A stretch of DNA of 57,674 bases, counting the filler, from Basidiobolus ranarum (taxonomy: Eukaryota), in the NCBI GenBank assembly GCA_040143965.1. It is 5 parts of 5 records of this genome, joined end to end, with 100 filler letters (N's around TTAATTAATTAA, not from the genome) between each part and the next. Parts side by side here need not be neighbours in the genome. Positions count along the whole stretch, not along the records: positions 23,131 to 34,589 come from JASJQH010000611.1; positions 34,690 to 46,137 come from JASJQH010000612.1; 3 more parts are not named here. The stretch is one strand, 5' to 3'. How positions within the stretch are numbered: position 1 is the first letter of the stretch; every line of letters begins with the position of its first letter. Shown one piece after another: positions 23,131-36,261 of the stretch. A program made the position numbers and the translations under genes. Below the pieces are notes generated by a model. It was not told where the DNA came from and ran no database searches. It saw nothing but the letters and a program-made list of their open reading frames with translations.

Positions 23131-26100
23131 GAAAGAGGAACTAAGGAGATCTACTTCTCAGCAAAAAATGCAAATTGGACAATTATTGGAGCTGTAACAC
23201 ATCAAACAGGCTTCAACAGGAGCCTCAAAATAGAAATCAATCACCTGCATGCATTGCAAGAGACAAGTCCATATGATTAAAGATTGGAGAGAGTGTCTTT
23301 TAGTCAGAAGGCTAAAATTAGAATAAGCAAATCCAGTAAGCTCTCTTTGGGATTATTTATTTCTGTCTGCCTTACCAGTAACCACTAAGGAGAACTTGGA
23401 AATATGGTTCCTAGCTTCAGGGCCTCCCATCATATGTCAAACAAGAAAAGCTGGCTTTCCAGGCCAAAACCCATCCAAACAAGGAAAGTCTACTTATGAG
23501 GTGACTATGCACTAGATACAGTTGGTAAGGGCACAGTTATGCACAATTTAGACAGAAATTTAGTGACATCATCTGCAAAATTGGATGATGTACTTTATGT
23601 ACCATATATAGCCAAGAATCTACTCTCAGTAAGCCAAGCAACTGCTGAAGGACTAAATTTCATATTCAGTAAGGCTAAATGCATCACCAAAGATCAGAAC
23701 AGTTTCAAATTAGCTACAGGGATCAAAACTTATACAAGCTAGAAATCAACAAATTCCATACTGAACATGGAAACTTGCCCAAAACCAGTCTAATAAGTTG
23801 TTGAAAGTAGCTTAGACAATTAGGCCATATTGGAAACAAAAACTGGCCCAAATTATCTGCAATTGGCTTGTTCCAGGCTTAGATATCTTATATTAATATC
23901 TAATTATATTATGGGATCATAACTTACTACTTATAAAAGCTAGAGATCTATAAATTGCATGCTGATCATGCAAACTTGGCTAAAACTGGTGAAATAAGTT
24001 GTTAAAGATGGTATGCAAGATTAGGCTAAATTGGGGGAAAAAAGACCCAAATAGTTTCAGACTTAGAAATTGAATATTTTACCAAATTGGATCTGTGTGA
24101 AGATTGCTTAGATAGAAAAGTTGTATATGGGTATTCTTCCTTAAAACAAATATGAAAGATTTAACTACATTCAAGAAATAGAAAGCATTGGTAGAGAAAG
24201 CACCAGAACTAAAAAAAAGGGTATATTAGGAGCAATAATGGTGGCAAAAACTGCACTAAAGACTTTGCTAGTTTTTGTTCTAAACATGGAATGGAGCAAC
24301 GCACTACTGTACCTGATACTCCACAGCAAAATAGAGTAGCACCAAGTGCTACGCAAACATAGTGGAGATTGCAACATCAGTGTTACAAGATCAAAGGTTA
24401 GGTTACCAATATTGAGCTGAATCCATCCACATTGCAGTCTTCATTGAAAACAGATACCCTAAGGGACTACTACAAAATTCTTATCTATTTGAAGTACTAT
24501 AGGTATCAAAACTAAGTGTGATCTTCTCAGGATCTTTTGTTGCACATCATTTTGCCTAATTGCAGTTCAAAAATGCTCTGCATTGGACTCCAAAGCAGCA
24601 AATCCTGTTTTGGGGTTAATCTGGTAAATATAAGGTCTACACCCTGTTTGATACCAAAAACAGAACTCAACTAAGTGCAGAGATCTGATTTTTGATGGAA
24701 AAGTAATTTTTTCAACTAAAGTCACAGTTTTTGCCCCAGAAATCACAATTAGAGCTATTCAGGAAGTGCTAATAGGACCATGGTGGAGATGGCAAGAATA
24801 TTTTTATACTAACAAAAATTAGATTACCAGTATTAGGCTGAATCTCTATCCACTGCTGTCGGTATCAAGACCAGATGCCCAACAAGATTGCTACAAGATC
24901 ATACTCCATTTGAAGCTCTACATGTATCAAAACCAAGTGTGGATTATCTCATGATCTTTGGTTGCATAGAATATTGCCTTTGTCCAGCGCAAAAATGCTC
25001 TAAATTGGATCCAAGTGCAGTCAATGCATATTTCTTGGTTACTATGATGCATCTAAAGTTTACAGACTATTTGATACCATAAATCAGAAGTTAATTCAAT
25101 GGGACGGATGTGACAATTGATGAAAAGGCAGATTTTTCACATCAATTTATGGTTCCAGATCAAGAAATGGTAATTAGGATCACTGAAGATATGTTGCTCA
25201 AAATTTAAGCAGAATCTGAGCACAATTTAACTCAAATTGTAGCCCCATTTACATCAAAGTATGATCAAGATCCTAGAACATCATCCAGAATGAGAAATAA
25301 GCCAGGGAACTCCTGGAACACTTCTACAATGATGTTCATGCTGATCCAAGATTGTGCAACATGCCACAGACTTTAGATCAGGCTCTGCAGTGTCCTGAAT
25401 CAAAAGAACTAGAGAATTGGGTGTTCCAAAACATCCTGCTATGGTTTGTAAACTGCTCAAATTGCTATATAGACTCAACTAAGCACCTGGCTCACGTTAC
25501 AATAAGATAGGTATCTATTTGGAATCACCAGACTTCCAAACATGCTGAGCAGAACACATTATTTGCATCAAAACAACCAGTAATATGATTCTTGTCTTGG
25601 CCCTATATGTGGATGACTTAATATTAGCAAGACTGTATCAATGCCAATAGATCCCAATGTGAAATTAATCAAAATTCATCCAAATTGGCCCAAAATGACT
25701 CAAATCAAAGCCAGGAGTTCCCTTATTTGCCCATGTTGTGCAATATAATGGACAAGATGGTTGGAACACATTGAGATACTGCTGTGGAGTTGGAACTGTC
25801 AGCTAATAATCCAGAATCTGGGCTCAAAACTTCAGTAAAGGAAATATTCATATCAAAACATTGCTGTGGCAGTCAAAAATGTCAGCCAACACCTCAAATA
25901 CCTCACTTCTGTACACAAATAGCAGTAGGATAAATGCTCAGGTATTTGGGAAGAACTGCAGATCTAGTACTGGAAAACTCTGGCACTCCTGAATCACAGA
26001 ATTTTGAAGTCTACTGTGATGCAAACTGGGGAACATACCACGATAGTGGAAGATTATCAATTAGGTACACTTGTCTCAATTATAATAGAGTCATAACTTT

Positions 26101-26487
26101 GAATCATAGGAAGCCTGCAACCATTGCACTTTCCACTACAGAAGCAGAGTATATGGCTGCCTTTGCTACTACACAAGAAGCAATATGTTTAAGGAAGTTA
26201 TTTACTGACTTAGGATATATGCAAAAATGAGCTATTATTAGATTTCAAGATAGTCAAAGCTGTACTTCATTAGCTAAAACCTTGCAACTCATGTTAGATC
26301 AAAACATAAAGATATTAGACATCAATTTTTAGAGAAGCAGTAGGGAATGATGTAATTGAACTTGTCTATTGCTCTGCTAAAGAAATGATTGCTGACGTCT
26401 TAACTAAACCTTTAGCCAAATCACAGTAGGTACTATTAAGTGACAAGTAAGGGTTAAGAGATGTAAAAGTAATTGGTTAAGTGAGAA
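23131..26487 (+). mobile_element. Decayed Ty1/copia element(s): gag end, protease, integrase, RT, RNase H remnants
   Basis: Broken frames give a degenerate zinc knuckle near 23247, a WFLAS...SHHMS protease near 23405, LDDVLYVPYIAKNLLSVSQ, integrase TPQQNRVA, YVDDL near 25606, and RNase H YCDANWG...ALSTTEAEYMA...ADVLTKPL. Confidence 0.92.
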
Positions 26488-26840
26488 CATTAAAATTAGG
26501 CAAATAGCTACTCACTATATAGTTGGGAGTTTATTCATATTCTGATTGCTTAGCACTCACTTCTGACATTCAAAAATGTGTTTATATTGCTCTGATAGAT
26601 AGTTGTATATTGATTAGTGCACTTTTACCAGTTGTCATTATAAACTAAAAATATCTCCAAATCAGCACATATTTTCACCCAAGCTTTACAGGCATGTTTG
26701 TAATGTCCAAGCACATTCAACAGTTCTATTCCATAGTAAAAAACAAATAGGATTAAATCATTTCAATAAACCTTTAATGTCTGATTCACAAATCCACACC
26801 TTGTGCAAAACATTCTCATATTCCTCTGACACTTTTATAA
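26488..26840 (+). repeat. Degenerate 3' LTR, family B
   Basis: Follows RNase H and a purine-rich tract. Aligns with the reverse complement of 34053-34405 (GTTTATTCATATTC...GCACTCA...ATTGCTCT). Confidence 0.6.
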
Positions 26841-26915
26841 ATATACACACATTTTTGAAAATCACACTGAGTGCTAAAGAATCAGAATATGAATAAGCAT
26901 ACAACTAAATAAGAG

Positions 26916-28850
26916 ATGCTGTTTGTTGAATTTTGTCAAAAATCAGCACAAAAAATACAGGTTCTTAGGAGTGAGAATGGTAGAGAATATACTCTAATGA
27001 CTTTGCGGGTTTATGTTCTAGAAATATATTTAAACAGTAAACTATTGTATATTTTATTCTGTAGCAAAATAGAGTTGCACAAAGTGCCAACAGGATGATA
27101 TTGGCAATGGCAGGAACAATTTTATTTAATCCAAAGTTATAGCACCAGTATTGAGCTTTGTGTTTCCACTGCTATCTATATCCTTTTCTTAGCACTAAAC
27201 CCATATCTGCAAATGATCTAGAAATACTCAAACATATGAAAAGTTTCTTATCAAGCCAATGTTAGATAACAAATGTTGGTGAGTTATGCTATTTTCAAGA
27301 AATCCAACTCAAAACAGATGAGTCAAGTTGGTAAATATGCTAAATCAGTATTAATATATTCTGCACATAGTAATATGCTTCAAAATTGATGGATAACCCA
27401 CCTGTTTCACCCTTATTGGATACCAAAATAGCATCAATTAAATTATATTCCTTTTGGCTCAATATTATCTAAAATACAGCCACCAGTTCCCTTATTGGTC
27501 CATAGTGGGCAGTATGAGGTAAAGAATGGTACACATTCAAGCATTGTAGTGGCAAAGGGAGCTGCTTGCAAGTGCCACAAAAGTCCAGGATTGGAGCAAG
27601 AAGATACAAAAAAATGAATGCTTGAGAAATTAAGATGAATAGTAAAGCTATATATAGCAAACTTTAGTGCTGTGATGAAGCAGAACCCATGGCAGCTTCT
27701 ACTACTACACAAGAAGCCACTTATTAAAGAAATTTTGCACTGACACAGGATTGAAGCAAAAGTGTGCTATTACTTTATTCTGTAAATAATCAAAGTTGTG
27801 AATGAATAGCTAATAACTCTACATTTCATGCTAGAATTGAATACTTAGATGTTTAGCTTCATTTTGATAGAAAACCATAGAAAATGACCATACGCACTTG
27901 TTGGTCACTAAGCTGATTCTCTAATCTAAGGACAATCAGAATTATTAACATTTAATTTAAGTTTAACAGAAATATAACATAGTTGGTTGTCAGGGAATTT
28001 AGAAACTAGGTAAATATCAGCTGATTATTTAGTAATTGGTTAGTTCATATCTTGATTATTTATTCCTTAATTGCAAAACTCAACAAAGATCTTTTATTGC
28101 ACTATTTGATAAATATATGAATCAGATTACCCTTATCAATCTTCACCATTTACTCCAGATTCCTCTAAAGTATCTTGATTTATCTCCCATTGTCTATGAG
28201 CATGTTTTTTATGACATGTACTCATTCAATAGTAAACTAAGCATGGCAGACATTCATGTCAATAAATTTACAATCTGTGACTAGATATCTGGCCCAAAAA
28301 ACTTACAAGTCCCCTGTACATTTTTACCATGTTTTGTGCCCCTATATATGGAATGTCTACCAGTGCTATAGCCATGATTTTACCTCCACAAAGATGTTTG
28401 AAAACCTTTGGATGTTGAGGATGCAAGTGGTACCACTGCTAACAACCATTGAGGATTTGTTTGATGCAAAGAAAAAGTGCCAAATGGACCACCAGATGCC
28501 ATCCTTACCTTTAACAAGAAGTAAAAGAAAGCACTCCCTCTGCTCTGTCAGGAATACAGAAAGTCTCAAATAATGCACACACACTAAGCCACATATGTGC
28601 AAAATGCTTTGAAAACAAGTGATATACAATGGCAGACCAAATTTGTTGCCAATAAGCTACATTTTGAACAAATATTGTTATCAATTCAGATTAATTGTGG
28701 TGATACTATGGCCTATCACATGAATCAAATCAAAGCTATGACAGAGCAGCTTTCATCCATTGGCACATCTATAAATGAAGATGACACAGTTATGACACAT
28801 CTTGGGAGCCAGTCTGACAAGTTAGACACCATGTAATTGCCCTAGAATTA
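26916..28850 (+). mobile_element. Heavily deleted copia remnants (integrase, RNase H and gag pieces)
   Basis: KIQVLRSENGREY near 26953, TTQEA/FHAR RNase H pieces near 27705-27835, and gag-like HMNQIKAMTEQLSSIGTSINEDD near 28720. Confidence 0.7.
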
Positions 28851-28853
28851 TGA

Positions 28854-30290
28854 TCAAAACCTGCTAGTAACTTCAAACAGATACCTATCTTGGTGTACCA
28901 TGAGCTGGTGTTGTTTGAGTTCATGTAGCAATTTCTGCAGTTTACAGACCGTAGCCAGGTGTTTTAGATCAACCAATCTATCTAGTTCCCCCTGATAAAT
29001 ACCTTCTTCTAGATTACTATTCAGAAAAGCTGTTTTTATATTCATTTGTTCTAAGTCATGGTCATGGACAGCTGAGAGAGCCAGTGTTGTTCTAACAGAG
29101 CTGAACTTAGCTACTGCTGCAAAAGTTTCATTGAAGTGAAATCCCTGAGTCTCAGAGTAATCTTTTGTGATCAATCTTGCTTTGTACCTTTCTGTGTTTC
29201 CATCAGCTTGGGACTTGAATTTGTAGACTCATTTGTAATTTGTTAGCTTACTCTCTGATGGTAGTGGACTTGATAACCAGATTTTATTGTCCTGAAGTGA
29301 AGACAATTCAACAGACATTGCTTTTTCTTGTATTGTGATTCTGGACTCTCAAGAGTTTGATCTAAAGTCTGGGGATTGCCACAGAATGCTGCAGAAGTGT
29401 AGACTTCATCATTTGAAGTGTTCCACCAGTTCCTTGGCTTTTTTATCCTTCTCATGGCCCTCCAAACCCTGAGTCATCTGGTGATCTAGTCGGGACTTGA
29501 TTTTTAGCTGAATTGAGCTCTGACACAGCTGGACAGTATTCAGACACTTCCTGAATAGAGCAATCGTGTTTTCTGGATGAAGAACTGTGACTTGAGTCAA
29601 AGAAGTTTTGATTTACAGTGTTTTTGAGCTTGAAATAGGCAACATGCTGTCCAACTAAAGATTGTGAAATGATGCATGCTTTGTTTGTATTGATATAAGG
29701 CTTCAAAGAGAGTGGACTTATGTAGCAATCATCGTTGGATCTATTCTTAATTCAGACTGTAATTAAGACAGAAGCAGCCTGGTATTGGTAATCTAACTTT
29801 TCATCATGTAACATTGATCTTGCCATCTGTACCATGGCCCTATTGGTATATTTTGCAGCTACATTTTGCTGTGAGGTATAAGGTAGACTAGCTTGTTGCT
29901 CATTTTCATGTTTGGAAAAAAAAATAGCAAAGTCTTTGAAGTATTATTCAACACAATTATGACTCTGTTGTACACTTAGTTTTGATGCCAATTCTTTCTC
30001 TACAAATGTTTGTAGTGCTGAAACATAGTTAAGGCATCAGATTTTTGTCTGTGAGGAAATACCCAATTAGATCTGATTTCTTGCCAATTCAGGTCTTGAA
30101 GTTGCTTTTGCCATCAAATGAGATATTTTCATGTATCCACACAGGTCAGAACAAATCAGAGCAAAGTTCTGAGTGGATTTGATCACTGCAGAGTTTTAAA
30201 TGGCTGTCTGTGACATTTTTTGTATATCCAACCTGTACACAGTTCCAATTTTGTGATGCTTTTTATTCCTAAACCTGAAACAAGGTGATT
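28854..30290 (-). mobile_element. Decayed copia integrase-RT fragment
   Basis: FNETFAAVAKFSSVRTTLALSAVHDHDLEQMNIKTAFLN and NPQTLDQTLESPE, with integrase remnants further upstream on the minus strand. Confidence 0.88.
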
Positions 30291-30299
30291 TGGATCCTG

Positions 30300-32660
30300 G
30301 GGGTCAGTTTTTGCTCTACAATGTGGCCTCATCTTCTATAGAAATACAAACTTGATTATCTTCAAATACAGTACTGGCATGTTTTTGCATGTATCCAAAG
30401 TCTGTAAGTACCATCCTTAACTAAATGACTTCTGGTGTTGCAGCAAAGGTGGCCTATATTTTACTTCCATAGTGAAGAGTGCTGTGTTTGGTTGCCTCTC
30501 ACTATTCCAAGTTATGGCTCCATTACCATTGAGAATAGTGTAACCAGTTGTCAACCTTCTATGAATCAAGGCTTCATCCCCAGCCTGCATCCCTGTGGCC
30601 TTCAAAATATTGTTCATTAGTTGTGTCATAGTGTTCTGGAGCTAGATCTGCAGTTCCTCTGTTATAACACAATATTTGTTTTACTGCTGTTTTGTGATCA
30701 GATCCTGGATTTGTGGGATATTAGATGACAGTTCCCACTATCACTGCAATAAATCAACATGTTTGAACTATTGTATACATTAAACTACCCACCATGGATT
30801 GATAAAGAATTATTGTCTATGATTTGAGTCATATTAGCCAAATTGAATGAATGTTTGATTAATTTCACATTGGGATCTATAAGCATTGATACTTTCTTGA
30901 TAATCTCCATGGTAAAGTGTTTTAGGATATCCAGGATCTATTTACACTAACTCAGCATGATTTTCTTCTAGGGTTCATTGCTTTTGATTTGGATTTCAAG
31001 AAAATAAATTACTTCCCCCATATCAGTCATCTGAAATAGGTTTGACAAGCTACTTTATGTTTAATTAAGTGCTTCTAGATCCTTTATGGCTTTGCTCAAG
31101 TCATCCATATATAGTGGCAAGATAAGGATCCAATTTCTGGTTGTTTTGATGTAACTACTATGATCAGCTGTTCATTTTTGTAATTCCAGTGATTCCTAAT
31201 AGATTTTCAACTTGTTGGACCATGTCTTTGGTGCTTGCTTGAGTGCATATAGCAATTTTTGCAGCTTACAGACCATATCAGGGTATCTTGGGTCCACAAA
31301 TTGATCCAGTTGCTGCATATATATCTCTTCTTCCAGATTTTCATTCAGAGATGCTGTTTTTACACCCATTTGATCTAAGTCAAGGTTTTGGACAGCTGAG
31401 TGAGCCATGGTTGTTCTAATAGAGCCAAACATAGCTACTGGAGCAAAAGCTTCATTAAAAGCAATTCCTGGTGTCTCACAATAACCCTTTGCAACCAATC
31501 TTGCTATGTACCTTTATATAATTCCATCAGCTTAGTTTTTAAACTATATAGACCCATTTGCAACCTATTGGCTTTCTTCCAGATGGTAGAGAACTTATAA
31601 CCAATGTTGTATTGACCTGAAGTGAACTAAACTAATCAGACATTGTGTTTTCCCAAAATATTGATTCTGGACACTCCACAGCTTCTTCAAGAGTCTGTGG
31701 TTTGTTACATTATGCTGTAAAATCATACACATCATCATTGGGAATATTCCAATAGTTTCCTGGCTTTATCCCGATCAAGGATGATCTTCTAGCTCCTGAA
31801 TCATCCTGTGGTATTATTAGGTCTGGAATTTTGGTTGAATTGGGCACTAATACAGCTAGAATTTCACCAAACACTTCTTTGATTCTGATATAAAACAGTC
31901 TGTAGGCCCTAGATCCATCACCAAATCCATGAAATATGCATTTTTGCTTTGGAGTTCCAATTCAGAGCAGTTTTGAGCTGAAATTAGGCAACATGATGTG
32001 CAGCCAAAGATCCAGAGATGGTCCACACTTGGTTTTTATGTATATGTCTATAAATGGAGTAGAATTTTGTGGCAATCTTTTTAGGCCTCTGCTTTTGATA
32101 TAGGTTGCAGTGGAGACAGATTCAGCCCAATGTTTGTAATCTAACTTTTGATCATGCAACATTGAACATGCCACTCTACTATGGTTCTTTTGGCACATTC
32201 ACCAACTCCAATTTGCTGTGCAGTAAAAGATACAGCCGGTTGTTGCTTAATTTCATGTTTAGAACAAGAACTTACAGAGTCTCGGAAGGAATATTCTCTG
32301 TTATTATCACACCTTGGTGCCCTATTTTTCTGCTAATTCTCTCTTCACCATTGCTTTGTAGTGTTTTAAGATAGCTAAGGATTTTGATTTTGATTTGAGA
32401 GAGAACAAGTATATCATGTTTGTCCTAAATAAAGGTCATAAAGTAACTTTGGACACCTAATGAGACATTCTTCAAGGGCCTAAATAGGATAGAGTGAAAT
32501 GTGGCAAAAATCTGAGTGGATTTGATATCTTCAGAGCTGGAAAAAAGCTGTCTGTGATGTTTTTCATATATACATTCTTGACACAGATCTAATTTGGGGA
32601 TATGTTTAATTGACTTGTCCCATAGAGCCAGGTCATATCATGATGCTTGATCCAGCCTGC
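30300..32660 (-). mobile_element. Decayed copia integrase-RT-RNase H fragment
   Basis: GAITWNSERQPNTAL (RNase H), VAKGY...FNEAFAPVA...VKTASLNENLEEEIYMQQ...LYALKQAP (RT), MLHDQKLDYKHWAESVSTATYIK (integrase). Confidence 0.9.
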
Positions 32661-33589
32661 TAACTCACCATCTGGCATGATCAGTCAATTACCATTTCTA
32701 GGTCCTATAACACTCAATTGGACACTTTAAGGAAAAATACAGCACTATCCCACTACAAATGGACACAATGATTTTTCTGGAGTTATTGTGCCAGCCTGTA
32801 CCAAGTTACCTGATTTTGTGTTATCAAATAGAGATCTTTGGTAACTTACAAAGCAAGTTCATCTTCTAGTTTGTAACATACCAATAATTGAATGTGTAAC
32901 AACAAACAATTTACAATGTAACAACAAACAATTTACAATGTAACTTACCTATTCAAATGTATAACCAAGACATTTACATGTTTTTAGGCCAGCCATTTGT
33001 CTCTCACTCACACAAAATCCTGATCTTTGTATTGAGCCCTATGGCTCCTGCATTATAAAACACCAGTAGCTTTAGCACATCATTGACAAAACACAGCATG
33101 CAATGAAGGATCAAACTGCAGTATAATTGTAATGATCAGGATCATTTGATTCATCTTTTCAGATCAGCAAATTATTTATTCAATCGTATAAGCTTCTAAT
33201 TGGGTGCCAATATGAGTGGAATGAGCCATAGTGAGCCAGTGTCAATGCACAAGCTTTTTATTGACATACTTTTTTCATTAAATTGTAGTGAAATTGCTTG
33301 TATTAATAGGCTAGCATTAATTTTTTTGAAGTATGACAATTTCGTGTTATTAATTTTTATAAAGATATAAGCAATTATGATCTAACTAATACAATTTAAG
33401 CCATATTTAACTGTGATCCATACTGATTTTGTAAGATTCACTAAACAGTAAAGATAGGATAATGTAAACATTAACAAGAGCATTCAGCAGTTGCCCAGGG
33501 TTGAAGTGGTCCATGCCTATTTGCTTCTGTGATTTTTGTTATCTCCTTGATATAACCACCAAACAAACTTTGCTTGAATGTTTTTGGCA

Positions 33590-34052
33590 CATTTTGGGAA
33601 CCAGTCTCTCATGTTATGCAACCATATAATTGCCCTAGACTCAATGGTAGAGCCATTAACAATGGAATAGGTTGGTGCTAGGATTTTGGATGAGGAATTA
33701 AGGATATCTTATTTGCAGCATAATAATGCAGAACAGGCATTTTTGAGAGTTGTAAAACATCCAACAGGCTTCAAAAATAGTGCCTCTACTAGGAAGTCAA
33801 TCAACTGCAAGTACTGCCCAAAACCATGCCATTTAATCAAAGATTGCAGAAAAAGGTTTTTTGCCAAAAGGCTACAATTGGAACAAGCAAACAACATAAG
33901 CACTGATAGGGTTCATCTATTTATGTCAGCAACACCTGTCAGTAATCACTAAACAAGTCTCAGAAACATGGTACATTGATTCAGCAGCTTCCCAACCTAT
34001 GGCAAACAAGAAAGATTGGTTTTCAAGCTCAAAACCTAGCCAAACTAGTAAG
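33590..34052 (+). mobile_element. Copia gag zinc-knuckle/protease fragment interrupted by an LTR
   Basis: LDEELR, CKYCPKPCHLIKDC (CX2CX4HX4C), then WYIDSAAS near 33969. Confidence 0.85.
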
Positions 34053-34589
34053 TGATAAAAGTGTTTAGGGGATTTGGAAGTGTTTTGGACAAGATTTGGA
34101 TTTGTAAATTAGACACTTTAAGTTTTATTGAATTGAATATGTCCTATTTATATTTTACTATGAAATAGAACTATTGGACGTGCTTAGATAATAACAAACA
34201 TGCCTGTTAAGCATGGGTGAAAATTTGAGGTGATTTGGAGAAGTTTTGAGAAAATAGTGAAAATTGGTAAGAGTGATCTAATTGATATTTCTATCAATTA
34301 GAGCAATAAACACACGTTTTTCAATAACAGAATTGAGTGCAAAATAATTTGAATATGAATAAACTAACTACTAAATAATGAGTTGCAATTTACCCAATTT
34401 CAACATTGACACTCAACTAATTATTTTGTATTTCCCTTAAACCCAACTTATATCTTGATAATTCAAATTGTGCTTTAGCTAAAGGTTTGGTTAAAATATC
34501 AGCTATCATTTCTTCAGTAGGGCAATAGACAAGTTCAATTATATCATTCTCTATTGCTTCTCTAACAAAATGATGCCTAATATCTATAT
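34053..34589 (-). mobile_element. 3' end of a copia element: RNase H C-terminus, PPT-like tract and family B LTR (34405-34053)
   Basis: The minus strand reads RHHFVREAIENDIIELVYCPTEEMIADILTKPL, then AGTTGAGTGTCAA, then an LTR from TGTTGAAA to TTTTATCA. Confidence 0.85.
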
Positions 34590-34689
34590 NNNNNNNNNNN
34601 NNNNNNNNNNNNNNNNNNNNNNNNNNNNNNNNNTTAATTAATTAANNNNNNNNNNNNNNNNNNNNNNNNNNNNNNNNNNNNNNNNNNNN
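34590..34689. other. Artificial contig linker
   Basis: 100-bp N/TTAATTAATTAA spacer. Confidence 0.97.
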
Positions 34690-34864
34690 GGGGCTTCTAG
34701 CACAAGTTTGAAAAATCTATATATCTGAGAACTTCTAAGTTGGTAAAAATATTCTAAGTAAATTCCGATTGAGAATAATTGATAATATCTTAGTGAATTA
34801 CAAGATAACTAAGTACTAAGCTATATATGACTATATAGGTGCTTAGGCAATGCTAATTTCAACA
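34690..34864 (-). repeat. Partial LTR, family A (cut by the contig start)
   Basis: Closely matches 35950-36105 and ends GCTAATTTCAACA. Confidence 0.9.
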
Positions 34865-35603
34865 TAGTTAACCCTAAGATGATCAAGGATATACCTAGCA
34901 AACCGAGGTAATGGGGATAAAGTCTTGCTCAATCTAGAGTGTATTAGTATACACTAAATTAATTTTTCCTGTATAGATCTATGCCTTGTTTTGTTGTAAG
35001 TATTTAGGGGGAAAAGTGGTTCAATCCCATGGGATCAGATATTTCTTCCACTCCAGTCAAATTGGTCAGGTTGTTAAATGCAAAGATCTATTGAGTGTTT
35101 AGTAAATGCTAGGCTACTCCACCAATGGATATGGAGATAATTTAGTCCATCATAAAATGTTAACAGGATACTCAGTCAGATTAAATTCCATTGATTTTGC
35201 ATCAGGCACTTTAAATACTTGTTGATTTCATTTGGGGTTGGATGCACAGTAGTTATTTTGGATGTAATGCAGAAGTAAAGTTGACAACATTTCTAACCCA
35301 CAAAAAGCCTCCTAAAAAAACTCTTGATGTGTTTTCATATCAAAAATTTAAAAGCTTTTTTTTGAATTCAACCCAATTTTTCAGTTGCCTCAATTCAACA
35401 TGCTTTTTATAGGGATATATTCAGGTGAGCTCACGTGACTTCTTACCAATCACTGACATTACTTATATTAACTCTTTTTTGTATATTAAATTTTGTATTT
35501 TGGTAACATTAAAATATAAACTTACAAGTATCTAATTCTCAAATAGCTCACATTTATGTAACATGTATTTTCTAGTTTTTTTAGATAAGACATATGAAGT
35601 AGC

Positions 35604-36261
35604 TGCTGAAGTATCCATAGAGTTTGTTGGAAGTGGTTTGGAGAATTAAAAAAATCAAAGGGTTTCACTCATTTAATTATTCCCTGGAAAGTTGATATAT
35701 AATATTCTGTGCAGAGGCTGACAGACAAGAGTGTGAAATGAGCTAAGGAAGGTCCCAGGAGTGTTTATGTAAATTTTGTTAAAGTATTTGGGAGCCTGTT
35801 GGAAGTGGTTTGGAGAATTAGAGGAATTGGTGGTTTTCACTTATTGATTTATTGAGTAGAAAGTTGACATTTATAGTTTTGTCAAGATGTAAACAAACTA
35901 ACGTGTAGAATATGTTAAGGAAGGTCCCAGGAACATGTGTGCAAAGTTTGGGGCTTCTAGCACAAGTTTGAAAAATCTATATATCTGAGAACTTCTAAGT
36001 AAATTCCTTATGAGAATAATTGATAATATCTTAGTGAATTATAAGATAACTAAGTACTAAGCTATATATGACTATATAGGTGTTTAGGCAATGCTAATTT
36101 CAACAAATTTTGGGCTTCTAAGACAAGTTTGATAAATCCATGTATAGCAAACTTTGAAATAAGTTACAAATGATCACAGTGAGTGTTAGTGAAATACGGT
36201 ATAACTAACTACTAAGCTATACATGACTATATAGGTGTTTAAGCTATGCTAATTTCAATCA
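35604..36261 (-). repeat. Older family A solo LTR interrupted by a younger copy
   Basis: 35604-35776 and 36106-36261 join into one diverged LTR (GGAAGTGGTTTGGAGAATT...AAGGAAGGTCCCAGG...GGGCTTCTA...GCTAATTTCAA). Confidence 0.8.
35777..36105 (-). repeat. Family A solo LTR with 5-bp TSD AATTT
   Basis: TG...CA termini (TGTTAAAG / TTTCAACA). AATTT occurs at 35772-35776 and 36106-36110. Confidence 0.92.

Noticed and set aside
32895..32944. 22-bp tandem duplication TGTAACAACAAACAATTTACAA
   Set aside because: It is real but is ordinary slippage inside decayed retroelement DNA.
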